35,853 nt of DNA from Planctomycetota bacterium. Lineage in GTDB: Bacteria; Planctomycetota; SZUA-567; H5-PLA8. Below are positions 15,916-25,302 of the stretch, piece by piece (within the stretch, counting starts at the first letter, position 1; the number at the start of each line of letters is the position of its first letter). A program made the translations under genes and the position numbers. The stretch is from NCBI GenBank assembly GCA_038227875.1, contig JBBRPR010000078.1, forward strand, positions 1 to 35,853, read 5' to 3'. Below the pieces are notes generated by a model. The model did no database searches, was not told where the DNA came from, and worked only from the letters and a program-made list of their open reading frames with translations.

Positions 15916-18801
15916 TCAGCGCGCCGATTTTAGGGGCACGGATTCGTTCTGGTGGTAGCCGAGTTTGACGCTGAAAATGCGGTCGGTCGAGACGTCGGCG
16001 ATGAACAGGCGGTGGTCGGTGGCGGTGGCGATGTATGCGCCGTGGACCATGCCGACTTCGTCGCCGCCCATCGGGACGAGGCTCTTCTCTCCGGCGCTGT
16101 CGGCATTGCCGTACTTGCCGATGCGGAGAATCAAGTTGCCGTTGCCGTCGAGCACCGCGACGCGGTAGCGGTCGATTTCCGGGGCGAACGAGCGGTTGAA
16201 GTAATCGAAGGCAAACCGGGCATTCCAGCAGCCGCAGCCGACGCCGGCATTCTTGCCATCGTAGCCGACGCCGCCGTACATCCAATCGGCACCCTCGATC
16301 CAGGAATTGCCGCTGGCGGCGCCCACCAGGTCGGGTGGACGCGTGGGCTGAAGGTTGCCAAGTGCAATGGGCGTTCCGCTCATGCTCAAGATCTTGGCTT
16401 TGTGGGGCGCGACCTTGATCATCGTTCCGGTCAGGTGGTTCTGATAGACCTTGCCATCGATGACGCGCGAATTGCTGGACATCAGGTAGACGTTGTTCTC
16501 GTGATCGAGACCCACGCCATAAATCGCGCCGCCGAGACCGGGCAGGACGTCGATAGCCAGCTGCTTGCCGTGCTTATCCCAGATGTGTAGCAGCGGGGCG
16601 CCGGCGCGACCGTCCACGCAGCGGCCCGGATAGATTTGCGGCTTGTAGTTGACGGCCTTGACGACCACGGCCCCCGCATCGCCTTTATCGGTGTTCTCCA
16701 CGATGTGGAGACCACAGGAGACGACGAGATTGCCCTTCGGCGAAACATACATGCCGCCGTGGTGCCAGCCGCCGTCGGAGGGAATGGTGAGTCCGCTGAC
16801 CAGCGCGGCTTCCTTGCGGTCGTTGCTGGCGCTGGTGAAGACGGTGGCGCGTTCGTCGCCGTAGTCCCAGGGGATTTCACGCCAGTTGGACGGGTCGTAA
16901 CGGGCGACCATGTCGATGGAGCGCAGGTACATCATGCCGTCGGAGTCGAAGCACATGTCTTCGGCGTCAAAAGGAATCGGACGGACTTCGATGCTGCCGG
17001 TTTCCGGATCCAGTTCGAGGACGCTCTTGAACGACTTGTAGTCGAAGGCATCGCCTTCGGCGACGTAGACATGGCCGTTGACGGGATTGACATAGAGCCG
17101 CGAACGGCCGTAGCGCGGGGCGTCGGTGCGCTTGATGGACTTGACCACGTCATCGACGAAGGAGCGCTTTTTCTTGAACTTGTCATTTTCTAGGGTGTAG
17201 AGCTCGACGCCGCGGTTTTCCATTTTTCCACGGGTCAGCACGTTTTCGCGGCGCCATTCGGTGGAAAACCAGACCGTGGGCGGAGTCGTGAAATCATCGA
17301 CCGCGGCGGAGAGCGGCGCGCCCTGACCGCTGTACCAGAACGAGGCGTCGGTGCTGCCCATGCCTTCCGGCAGGGGGCAGGAGAGTTTCTTGGCGGCGTT
17401 GTCGAACGGAGTGAAGACGGTCATCGCGCAGGCGACCTTGTCCTTTTCCGGAACTCCGCCGGTGTGGACGAAGGATGAGAAGGCGTAGATTTCCTGGCTC
17501 TGCGGCGCGATCGAAACGATGGCGGGGCGGGTAACGGCCAGGGATTTCAGGTAGGCGCCATCGGCGGAGAAGATCTGGATGCGATTGTTGCCGTAGTCGG
17601 CGACGTAGACGCGGCCGGTCTTGTCGACGGCCACCGAGGCAGGCGTGTTGAAGCTTTTGTTGTCGGTGCCGGGCTTGCCGAGCTCCATGTTGCCGGCGAA
17701 GAGCACCGGCGGCGTTTCGCCGTCCATGTTCATTTTCAGCACGCAGTGGAAGGCATCCCACGTTCCGCCGCCGACGATGTCGGCGCTGGCGTGGGAGAAA
17801 TGGCCGACGAGATAGGCGGTGAGGTAGAGCGTTTTACCGTCGGGGCTGAGCGCCGCGCTGCGGGGCGCGACGGCGACTTTCTTGCCGCCGGAATCCCAGG
17901 ACTTGCCGACGGTGACCAATGAGATGGGCGGGCCTTCTTCTTCCATGCCGCCGGAGGAACCGTCGGTGGCGAAACGGGCGAGGTAGGTTTTGCCCAGCGC
18001 GAGGCGGCTACCGCCGACGGCGAGAATCGAGGAGGCGCTGCCGTACATGCCATAGTGACCTTCACCGTCGGCTTGTTCGGCGTCGATCGCGAATTTCTTG
18101 GGGTAGGCATGGCCATAAAGGTTGCCGCAGGTGAGAAACGTCTGCTGGAGGAACGTGGACTTCACCGGCAGGCTCTGGCCGTCCTGTGGAAAGGTTTCGT
18201 GCGCGAGTCCTTTCACTTCTTCGATTTTGTTGCCGGGGAAGGGATAGATGGCCTTGGTGTAGTTGCCGTCGTGATTGAAGAGATTGACGAAGTCGAGACC
18301 ATTTCCCCCATCATAGACGTAGACGCCATCCTGCGTGACCTGGAAGCGCGGCGCGGCCCAGCCGTGACGACGCTTGGGTTCCCAGAGCAGATTCTTTTCG
18401 AAGGCGGGTTTCAGTCCCAACGAGACGCGGACAGTGAGGCTTTCGGTATCGGTGATGTATTCTTCCTTGTCGTTCTTGCCGTCCCAGACGATGGATTGCT
18501 TGAGGGAATCTTTCTGGAAGGGTTCCGGCGCCCGCGGGCCGAGCACGCCACTGGCGAGGTGCCGGACGATTTTTCCCTGTGCGTCTTCGACGGCGACGGT
18601 GGCGTCGCAGAATCCTTTGCTTTCAAAGGTGATGGTGAAGTTTTTGCCTTCGTGAGTCACCGCGGGCTTCTGGGTGAACTCGAAGACGTCCTGCCGCTTG
18701 ACCTTGAATTCGTCGAGGGCAGTGGAGTCGCCGGCAGATGCGGAGACGCACGCGATCAGCAACGCGGTGCACAGAAGAATCGGGGTTGAGAATCGAGGCA
18801 T
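15916..18801 (-). CDS. Large secreted hypothetical protein: N-terminal FlgD-like Ig domain, NHL-repeat beta-propeller, unknown C-terminal domain
   Basis: Start ATG 18801 (GGAG upstream); signal peptide ending ASA|G; DATVAVEDAQGKIVRHL...WDGKND; FNTPASVAVDKTGRVYVADYGNNRIQIF. Confidence 0.82.
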   Translation of the reverse strand: MPRFSTPILLCTALLIACVSASAGDSTALDEFKVKRQDVFEFTQKPAVTHEGKNFTITFESKGFCDATVAVEDAQGKIVRHLASGVLGPRAPEPFQKDSLKQSIVWDGKNDKEEYITDTESLTVRVSLGLKPAFEKNLLWEPKRRHGWAAPRFQVTQDGVYVYDGGNGLDFVNLFNHDGNYTKAIYPFPGNKIEEVKGLAHETFPQDGQSLPVKSTFLQQTFLTCGNLYGHAYPKKFAIDAEQADGEGHYGMYGSASSILAVGGSRLALGKTYLARFATDGSSGGMEEEGPPISLVTVGKSWDSGGKKVAVAPRSAALSPDGKTLYLTAYLVGHFSHASADIVGGGTWDAFHCVLKMNMDGETPPVLFAGNMELGKPGTDNKSFNTPASVAVDKTGRVYVADYGNNRIQIFSADGAYLKSLAVTRPAIVSIAPQSQEIYAFSSFVHTGGVPEKDKVACAMTVFTPFDNAAKKLSCPLPEGMGSTDASFWYSGQGAPLSAAVDDFTTPPTVWFSTEWRRENVLTRGKMENRGVELYTLENDKFKKKRSFVDDVVKSIKRTDAPRYGRSRLYVNPVNGHVYVAEGDAFDYKSFKSVLELDPETGSIEVRPIPFDAEDMCFDSDGMMYLRSIDMVARYDPSNWREIPWDYGDERATVFTSASNDRKEAALVSGLTIPSDGGWHHGGMYVSPKGNLVVSCGLHIVENTDKGDAGAVVVKAVNYKPQIYPGRCVDGRAGAPLLHIWDKHGKQLAIDVLPGLGGAIYGVGLDHENNVYLMSSNSRVIDGKVYQNHLTGTMIKVAPHKAKILSMSGTPIALGNLQPTRPPDLVGAASGNSWIEGADWMYGGVGYDGKNAGVGCGCWNARFAFDYFNRSFAPEIDRYRVAVLDGNGNLILRIGKYGNADSAGEKSLVPMGGDEVGMVHGAYIATATDHRLFIADVSTDRIFSVKLGYHQNESVPLKSAR

Positions 18802-19320
18802 CGGAAGCTCCGTGGCATTGAAAATCATCGGAAGTCGCCTTTCAGGGGCAGAAGTTCGAGGGCCCTGGCAATCGAGTTATACGCCGACGATGCAGAAAAG
18901 TCCTCGATCGCGTTCTTCAAAACAGTGAGCGTGGCGCGAGGTGTCCAATATAGAGAACGCTCGGCCCGTGCCATGAGGTTCACTAGAAGGGACGTGCATC
19001 CCCGCGCACGTTTGCCGCTTACGCAGGGACAACTGAGGGAAAGCGCTGAAGTGAGCATGCCGACGTTCCTTCAGGGACTGTTTTGTTGAGCGGTTACGAG
19101 CGGCGGATTTTTTGCGCCATTTCGTGGAGCGTTTGGCGCCTGGGCTGAACTGCACTGAACGGCCCGTGGCCCCCATGAAAGACTGTACACCGCAAGTAGT
19201 GTCGGAATATGATTTAAATTTCGGTCGAGCGATTATGTGCGGTTAATTAGGCCGTCCCGGGTTGAGGTTTGGATTGCCAGTTGTCGTGCTGATTCCGGGG
19301 TCACAATTGGGCTGAAACAG

Positions 19321-19375
19321 AAATATCACACGTGATTTAATCGCACAAAAAGACTTGGAGAAATTTTTGTATAAT
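19321..19375 (+). promoter_or_regulatory. Candidate promoter of the vWA/MoxR operon
   Basis: Perfect TATAAT at 19370-19375 in an AT-rich stretch ~80 bp before ATG 19453. There is no good -35. A short inverted repeat ATCAC-AC-GTGAT lies at 19325-19336. Confidence 0.4.
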
Positions 19376-19452
19376 TCGATACGATATGGCGCTCGCTGCG
19401 GGGTAGAGAACTTCACTGTTCCTGTTTACAGAACACGGAGAAGGCCGACGGC

Positions 19453-21609
19453 ATGCTCTACTCATTGTTCGCCAACCCCTGGTTGCTTGCTACGGTCGCC
19501 GCTGCGATTCTGCCGCTGGTTATCGAATGGATCTTCCGACGCCGGAAGGAGCAGGTTCCGCTTCCCACACTTGTCTTCCTGTTGCAGAACAAAGAACAGG
19601 AACAGATCAAGAAGCAGGATCGCTTCCTGCTGTTGTTGAGAACGATCGCCATCATCGTGCTGGTGCTCGCCATCGCGCGTCCCTTGATCCGGCAGAGCTG
19701 GCTTAAAGGTGCGGCGCAGCGCAATGTCATCATCTTCATCGACAACACTGCCAGCATGAACCAGCAGGTGGGCGTGGACACCTCGTTCCGCCTGGCGCAG
19801 AAGCGCGCCGCGGAAGTGGTGGCCTCGCTGCCGAAGGATTCGACGGTCGCGGTGGGCTGCCTGACCGATCGCGCGGAAACGGTAATAGAAGGTGAAGCGG
19901 ATCTCTCGACGGTGGCGTCGAAGGTGAAGGCGATGAAAGCCAGCGCCGGCGCGGCGGCCATGTCCGAAGGGTTGACCTGGATCAACGAGCACCTGGCGAA
20001 GATGGGAAGCACGGTGCCTGAAGTCTACTTGTTCTCCGACATGCAGAAATATTCGTGGGTCCATCCTGGCGCGCAGAACGGCGACCAGGTGAAGACGTTT
20101 GCGGAGCTGTCGTCCAAGTCGGAACTGTGGCTGGTGGATGTGGGCGGGAGCCCGGCGTTCAACTATATCGTGACGGACTTTGCGCCGATCGATTCCATCG
20201 TCAGCACGGGCATGCCGGCGAAATTCCGCGCCACGGTGGAACTGCGCGGCAAGGCCCCGGCGGGCCGGAAGCCCACCTTGACGTTCCTGGTCGACAAGGA
20301 AAAGAAGGACGTCCGCGAATTTGAAGTCAGCGAGGACAAGCCGACGGCCATCACTTTCGAGCACCGCTTTCAGCGTCCCGGCGAATGCCTGGCGGAAGTG
20401 CTGTTGGAAGGCGACGACCATCCCGTCGACAACAGCCGGCTGTACCTCTGCACGGTTTTCGACGAAGTCAAAATCCTGGTGGTGGACGACGGCGCCAATG
20501 CGCCGAGCCAGGATAGTTACTTCCTGACCCGCGCCATCGCGCCGCCCGTGCATCCGGGCATGGATCGCGTCTCGCGGTTTGGCGTGCAGAGCGTCAACAC
20601 GAGCCAGTTCTTCAAGGAGAATCTCGACAACTACTCCGCGGTGATCTTTGTCGCCAACAGCGAGATGAACGAACGGTTGTCGGTGCAGCTCAAGCGCTAC
20701 GTATCAGAAGGTGGCTCGCTGCTGCTGTTCATGGGCGGCAAGGCGCGCCTCTACGATTACAACAAGTTCCTCTATGAAGACGGGAAAGGGCTGCTGCCGG
20801 GCAAGCTGGCGGAGAAGTCGGCCAGCGCGGCGCCGGGTACGGCCATGCTCAAGTTTGCGGGAGCCAACCATCCGTCGATGGTGGATCTGGTCTCCAATGC
20901 GCAGCCGGTTGAGCTGGCTCAGTATGTGCCGGTCGAATTCAAAGAAGGCGCCGCGGGAAATCCGCGCATCGTGCTGGCCATGTCCAATGACGCGTCGGCG
21001 ATTGTGGAACGTCAGTTTGGACGCGGTCGCGTGATGATGGTGACGACGTCCGCCGGCGCGGAGTGGTCCGCCTTCCCCGCCGCGCAGGAATACCCGATCA
21101 TGATTCAGGGGTTGGTGACGAACCTGGTCGGCAATCCCGACGCGCGCGTCAATCTCAGCGTGGGCGATCATTACGAACAGTCCGTCTACATTTCATCGCA
21201 GCACCTTCTGCTGACCTGCCCGGCCGGAAACAAGGAACGGCTGACGCCCACGCCGCGCCCCGAAGTGACCAACGGCTGGGTGGTCAACTACGATCACACC
21301 AATCAGCAGGGCCTGTATGCGTTCACCGATGTCCAGAAGGGCGTGCTGGCGCGGCCGCGCTTCGTGGCGAATTTGAAATCGGAAGAAGGCGACCTGACGC
21401 GCATTGTCGAAAGTGAATTCAAGAGCATGTTCCCCTCCGGTGCGTACACCTGGGTGGGACCCGACAGCCAGGTGGAAGAGCTTGCGGCGGGCCGGCATTC
21501 GGTCACCGAGCTTTCTCCGTACTTCCTGGCCATATTGACCGCAGTGTTGGCGGCGGAGGCCTTTTTGGCTGCAAAGTTCGGACGGCGCAGAGAGTGGGTG
21601 GCGAAATGA
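19453..21609 (+). CDS. BatA-type N-terminal double-TM protein with vWA domain, Ig-like and GATase-like domains and a C-terminal TM
   Basis: FANPWLL...PLVIEW...LLLLRTIAIIVLVLAIARP; MIDAS-like IDNTAS and FSD; DDHPVDNSR; YVSEGGSLLLFMG; GRGRV; E.FLA at the C-terminal TM. Confidence 0.88.
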   Translation: MLYSLFANPWLLATVAAAILPLVIEWIFRRRKEQVPLPTLVFLLQNKEQEQIKKQDRFLLLLRTIAIIVLVLAIARPLIRQSWLKGAAQRNVIIFIDNTASMNQQVGVDTSFRLAQKRAAEVVASLPKDSTVAVGCLTDRAETVIEGEADLSTVASKVKAMKASAGAAAMSEGLTWINEHLAKMGSTVPEVYLFSDMQKYSWVHPGAQNGDQVKTFAELSSKSELWLVDVGGSPAFNYIVTDFAPIDSIVSTGMPAKFRATVELRGKAPAGRKPTLTFLVDKEKKDVREFEVSEDKPTAITFEHRFQRPGECLAEVLLEGDDHPVDNSRLYLCTVFDEVKILVVDDGANAPSQDSYFLTRAIAPPVHPGMDRVSRFGVQSVNTSQFFKENLDNYSAVIFVANSEMNERLSVQLKRYVSEGGSLLLFMGGKARLYDYNKFLYEDGKGLLPGKLAEKSASAAPGTAMLKFAGANHPSMVDLVSNAQPVELAQYVPVEFKEGAAGNPRIVLAMSNDASAIVERQFGRGRVMMVTTSAGAEWSAFPAAQEYPIMIQGLVTNLVGNPDARVNLSVGDHYEQSVYISSQHLLLTCPAGNKERLTPTPRPEVTNGWVVNYDHTNQQGLYAFTDVQKGVLARPRFVANLKSEEGDLTRIVESEFKSMFPSGAYTWVGPDSQVEELAAGRHSVTELSPYFLAILTAVLAAEAFLAAKFGRRREWVAK

Positions 21610-23951
21610 AGCCAACGATGCTGAATCCAGGACCGTTGGCCATTGCGCTGTTGCCGCTGGCGATTGGACTGTTCGTTTTCTACTTCTATACGTACGCACG
21701 CGAGGCGCAGCAGGCGCGCCAGCTGACGGGAGCGCAGCGGAATCTGCTCCGCTTCCTGCGCCTGGGCGTGGCACTGATGGTGCTGGCAGCGATCACGCGG
21801 CCGGCGATTTCGATGGTCCGCCAGGAGACGCGGCTGCCGGTGCTGCCGGTGCTGATCGACGACTCGTCGAGCATGGGCTACCCCGACGCGCGCGAGAATT
21901 CCGTCGCGGTGCAGGGCGGCGGCGGAAAGCGCACGCGCTTTGAAACCGCAACGCTGATCGCGCAGCAATTGCAGGAAAAGATGACGCTGACGCACCGCGT
22001 CAAGATTTACTCCTTCTCTGATACGCTGAAGATGGTCAAGGACCTGCCGCACCGCGATTCGGAGAGCACGCCGGCCGTCTCGCGCGACGAGCTGTTCCCG
22101 AGCACGATGAAGCCGGCCGGTGAATACACCAACGTGGGCGACGCGCTGGACAGCACGCTCAGCGATCTTTCCGGCGACAAGATTTCGGGCATCGTGCTGC
22201 TGAGCGACGGCCGGGAAACCGGCGGCGCGCCGATGAAGGAAATCAGCGCCAAGGCAGCCAAGTTCGGCGTGCCGATTCACACCATCGCCGAAGGCAACGA
22301 ATACCCGCTGACGGACCTGCGCATCGACGAAGTCGTGGTCGACAACGAAGCGAGCATGAACGACGTGCTGGCCGTCCAGCTGAAGGTCACCAATCAGGTC
22401 CGCGACATCCTGGACACCGAAGTGACGCTGCTGGACAAGACGACCAAGGAAAAGATCGTCCGGAAGTTCAAACTCAAGCGCGGCTCGTCCACGATTGTCG
22501 TTCCGACGGTTCCCAATTCGGTGGGTGTTCACGACTACCACGTCGAATTCCCGAAGTACCCCGACGAAGTGAACGTGGACAACAACGCCGCGGAATTTTC
22601 GGTCAACGTCGTCAAGCGCGACATGCGGACGCTGTTGATCGCCGGCGCGCCGAACCGCGAGTACTTCTACCTCGTCCCCGCGCTGCTGCGGCACCCCACG
22701 ATCAACCTGGCCTGCTGGCTGCAATCGGCCGGTCCGTTGTACACGCATCAGGGTCACACCACGCTGCAGCAGCTGCCCAAGACGTCCGAAGAATTCAAGA
22801 TTTACGACGTGATCATTCTGTACGATGCCAATCCCAACAAGCTCGAAGAATCGCAGATGGCGGCGATCGAAGATTGCGTCAAGCGCGGCGCCGGGCTGCT
22901 GGTGATCGGCGGGCCGAATTTCAGTCTCGCGGCGATGATCCAGGTGCATCCGACGCTCTTCCGCCAGTTGCTGCCGGTGGAAATCGACAAGAGCCAGCTG
23001 CCCAATCCGGACACGGTGTACGACAAGCCGTTCAAGGTCGAACGCACCGATCAGGGCAAGACGCACGAAACGCTGCAGGCCTCGGGCGATCCGCAGAAGA
23101 ACGATCAGATCTGGGCCTCATTCCCGAGCCTGTACTGGGCGCATCCGATCCAGAGCGTGAAATCCGGCGCCACGGATCTGCTGCACCGCAGCGACATCAA
23201 AGGCAAAGCGGGCAGCGTGATGGCGGCGATGCGGTACGGCAACGGCCGCGTGCTGTACCTGGGCATCAACAGTTTCTGGCGCTGGCGCTTTCCGAGCGAA
23301 GGGTTTGATTTCGATAACTTCTGGCTGCGGACGCTGCACTACCTCGGCACGAAAGAAGAAGGCGGCAAGCAGACCAACCAGGTGGCGCTGAACACGGACA
23401 AGAGCAGCTACTCGCCGGGCGAAGATGTGCAGATCACGATGAAGCTGCTGGACCAGTCGCTCAAGTCCCAGATGGTGGGGCAGAAAATTTACGCCGGCGT
23501 CAGCAGCGCGGCGGAAAAGGCGGCGCCGGAGATGGTGTACCTCAGTGCCAATCCGGACGGCACGATTTTCCAGGGCGTCTACCACGCCCGCCAGGTCGGC
23601 AACATGGCCGTGCAGGTCAAGATCGATCCGCTGAACGCGGGAACGGACGCGAAGGCGATCGTCGATACGCCGCGGGTGCCCTTCCAGGTGAAGCTGGAAT
23701 CGCTGGAGGCGCGCGACACCAGCGCCAATCTGGAAGACATGAAGGCGATGGCCGAGCTGACGGGCGGGAAGTCCTTCGATTACCACAATATGAATGAAGT
23801 CGTGAAACTTCCCGAAGTGATTCCCAGCGACCCGCAGGTGCTCAGCCGCGCGGTGACGGTGGAAATCTGGGACGGGGCGATTTTCGAAATTCTGTGCCTG
23901 TTGCTGGTGTGTACCGAGTGGGTCTTGCGAAAGTACTGGGGACTGCTGTGA
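21606..23951 (+). CDS. Membrane-anchored vWA protein with class I glutamine amidotransferase-like (DUF1355-like) domain
   Basis: ATGA overlap at 21606; two N-terminal TM; IDDSSSM, TNVGDAL, LLSDG; GAGLLVIGG; YGNGRV...WRWR; C-terminal EWVLRKYWGL. Confidence 0.88.
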   Translation: MKPTMLNPGPLAIALLPLAIGLFVFYFYTYAREAQQARQLTGAQRNLLRFLRLGVALMVLAAITRPAISMVRQETRLPVLPVLIDDSSSMGYPDARENSVAVQGGGGKRTRFETATLIAQQLQEKMTLTHRVKIYSFSDTLKMVKDLPHRDSESTPAVSRDELFPSTMKPAGEYTNVGDALDSTLSDLSGDKISGIVLLSDGRETGGAPMKEISAKAAKFGVPIHTIAEGNEYPLTDLRIDEVVVDNEASMNDVLAVQLKVTNQVRDILDTEVTLLDKTTKEKIVRKFKLKRGSSTIVVPTVPNSVGVHDYHVEFPKYPDEVNVDNNAAEFSVNVVKRDMRTLLIAGAPNREYFYLVPALLRHPTINLACWLQSAGPLYTHQGHTTLQQLPKTSEEFKIYDVIILYDANPNKLEESQMAAIEDCVKRGAGLLVIGGPNFSLAAMIQVHPTLFRQLLPVEIDKSQLPNPDTVYDKPFKVERTDQGKTHETLQASGDPQKNDQIWASFPSLYWAHPIQSVKSGATDLLHRSDIKGKAGSVMAAMRYGNGRVLYLGINSFWRWRFPSEGFDFDNFWLRTLHYLGTKEEGGKQTNQVALNTDKSSYSPGEDVQITMKLLDQSLKSQMVGQKIYAGVSSAAEKAAPEMVYLSANPDGTIFQGVYHARQVGNMAVQVKIDPLNAGTDAKAIVDTPRVPFQVKLESLEARDTSANLEDMKAMAELTGGKSFDYHNMNEVVKLPEVIPSDPQVLSRAVTVEIWDGAIFEILCLLLVCTEWVLRKYWGLL

Positions 23952-25258
23952 TGCCACCGCGCTCAAAATGGACGTTCGTGCTGAATCTGTCGCTGGCGGG
24001 GATGCTGGCGCTGACAGCCGTTGCCGCACGCAGCGAAGAAAAGAAGGACGACAAGAAGCCCAAGCCCGCGGAGAAGAAACCCGATACCGCTCCCAAGCCG
24101 GCGGAGAAGAAGCCCGATCCCGCTCCGGCGCCCAAACCGGCGGCTGGTGATGTTAAAGACGAAGCCGCCAAGGCCATCGCGGAGAAGGCCAACGAGAAGG
24201 GCGTGCAGCAGCTGGGCAAGGATCCGGCATTCGTACTGATGCCGCGGCCGCTGGACCGCAGTGAAATGGCGCAGGAACTGATGACGCCGCAAGTGAAGGA
24301 GATGGTTGATAAAGCGCTGAAGTATTTGAAGAACACGCAGGCCTCCGACGGTTCGTGGTCGGATGGCGCGGAGTTCAATTCCAATACCGGCGTGACGTCG
24401 CTGGCCAGCATGGCCTTCATGGCTGAAGGCAGCCAGCCCCGCGTGGGCCAGTACGGCGTGCAGGTCAGCAAGGGGATGGATTTCCTGATCCAGAGTTTCC
24501 AGCCGGCGACTGGAGCGATCGCTGCTGGCGGCAACAGCAGCAACAAGCTCGGACCGATGTACGAACATGCGCTCTCCACGCTGGCGCTGCTGTACGCGTG
24601 GGGTGACATGCCGTGGCGCAAAGTTGAGATCGAAGAAATTCTGACCCAGTCGATTCAGTCCATCGTGTACAGCCAGTTGAAGGAACTGAAACAGGGCGGA
24701 GCGGGGTGGCGCTACACACTGAAGTCCCGCGAAGGCCAGGGTGACATGTCGGTGACCGGAAATGTGCTCTGGGTGCTGCGCACAGCCAAGAAGTGCGGAT
24801 TTTACGTGAAGCCCGAAGCGGTGGCCAACGGCGTGAAATTCGTGGAGCAGTGCGCCAATCCCGACGGCACGTTCCGCTACCGGTTCTTCGGACTGCAGGC
24901 CGAACCGAGTCTCGGCGGCACGGGCGTGATCGCGCTGTTCAGTCACGGCCAGCTCGACCACCCGCTGATTCCCAACGCGGTGAAGCGGATCGACGATGAT
25001 TACCAGACGTACACGATCAACGATCTGAAATCGCGCCGCTACGCCATCTACGGGTTTTTCTACGCCAGCCTGGCGATGTACTCGCAGGGCGACGAACACT
25101 GGGTTCCTTACTACAAGAAGGTGGTGCAGGTGCTGGCGTCCATGCAGGGCAAGGACGGCGAGTTTCACGACGAGTTTGGATGCACGGTCTACACGACGGC
25201 CATGGCGGCGATGATTCTCCAGGCGCCGCTGGGCTATCTTCCGATCTACGAACGCTGA
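23951..25258 (+). CDS. Secreted prenyltransferase/squalene-oxidase-repeat (alpha/alpha-barrel) protein
   Basis: TGATG overlap gives start 23951; signal peptide; Lys/Pro-rich linker; QW-like repeats QASDGSW, GAGWRY, NPDGTFRY, QGKDGEF; GDMSVT; C-terminal LPIYER. Confidence 0.85.
   Translation: MPPRSKWTFVLNLSLAGMLALTAVAARSEEKKDDKKPKPAEKKPDTAPKPAEKKPDPAPAPKPAAGDVKDEAAKAIAEKANEKGVQQLGKDPAFVLMPRPLDRSEMAQELMTPQVKEMVDKALKYLKNTQASDGSWSDGAEFNSNTGVTSLASMAFMAEGSQPRVGQYGVQVSKGMDFLIQSFQPATGAIAAGGNSSNKLGPMYEHALSTLALLYAWGDMPWRKVEIEEILTQSIQSIVYSQLKELKQGGAGWRYTLKSREGQGDMSVTGNVLWVLRTAKKCGFYVKPEAVANGVKFVEQCANPDGTFRYRFFGLQAEPSLGGTGVIALFSHGQLDHPLIPNAVKRIDDDYQTYTINDLKSRRYAIYGFFYASLAMYSQGDEHWVPYYKKVVQVLASMQGKDGEFHDEFGCTVYTTAMAAMILQAPLGYLPIYER
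24059..24124 (+). repeat. In-frame 33-bp tandem duplication encoding PKPAEKKPD(T/P)A x2
   Basis: Units 24059-24091 and 24092-24124 differ at 3 positions. Confidence 0.85.
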
Positions 25259-25290
25259 AGGCTGAACGCTGAACACGAACGTGGAACACT
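25250..25290. repeat. Degenerate heptamer tandem repeat (GAACGCT-type) at a gene junction
   Basis: GAACGCT GAAGGCT GAACGCT GAACAC GAACGTG GAACACT. Confidence 0.75.
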
Positions 25291-25302
25291 GAGGGAAACA
25301 GA

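Noticed and set aside
18825..19452. Short ORFs (77-99 aa) in the divergent intergenic region
   Set aside because: No motifs, atypical composition and no convincing RBS; treated as regulatory DNA.
23951..25258. Hopanoid/terpene biosynthetic gene cluster
   Set aside because: Single exported barrel without DxDD, and no isoprenoid pathway genes nearby.
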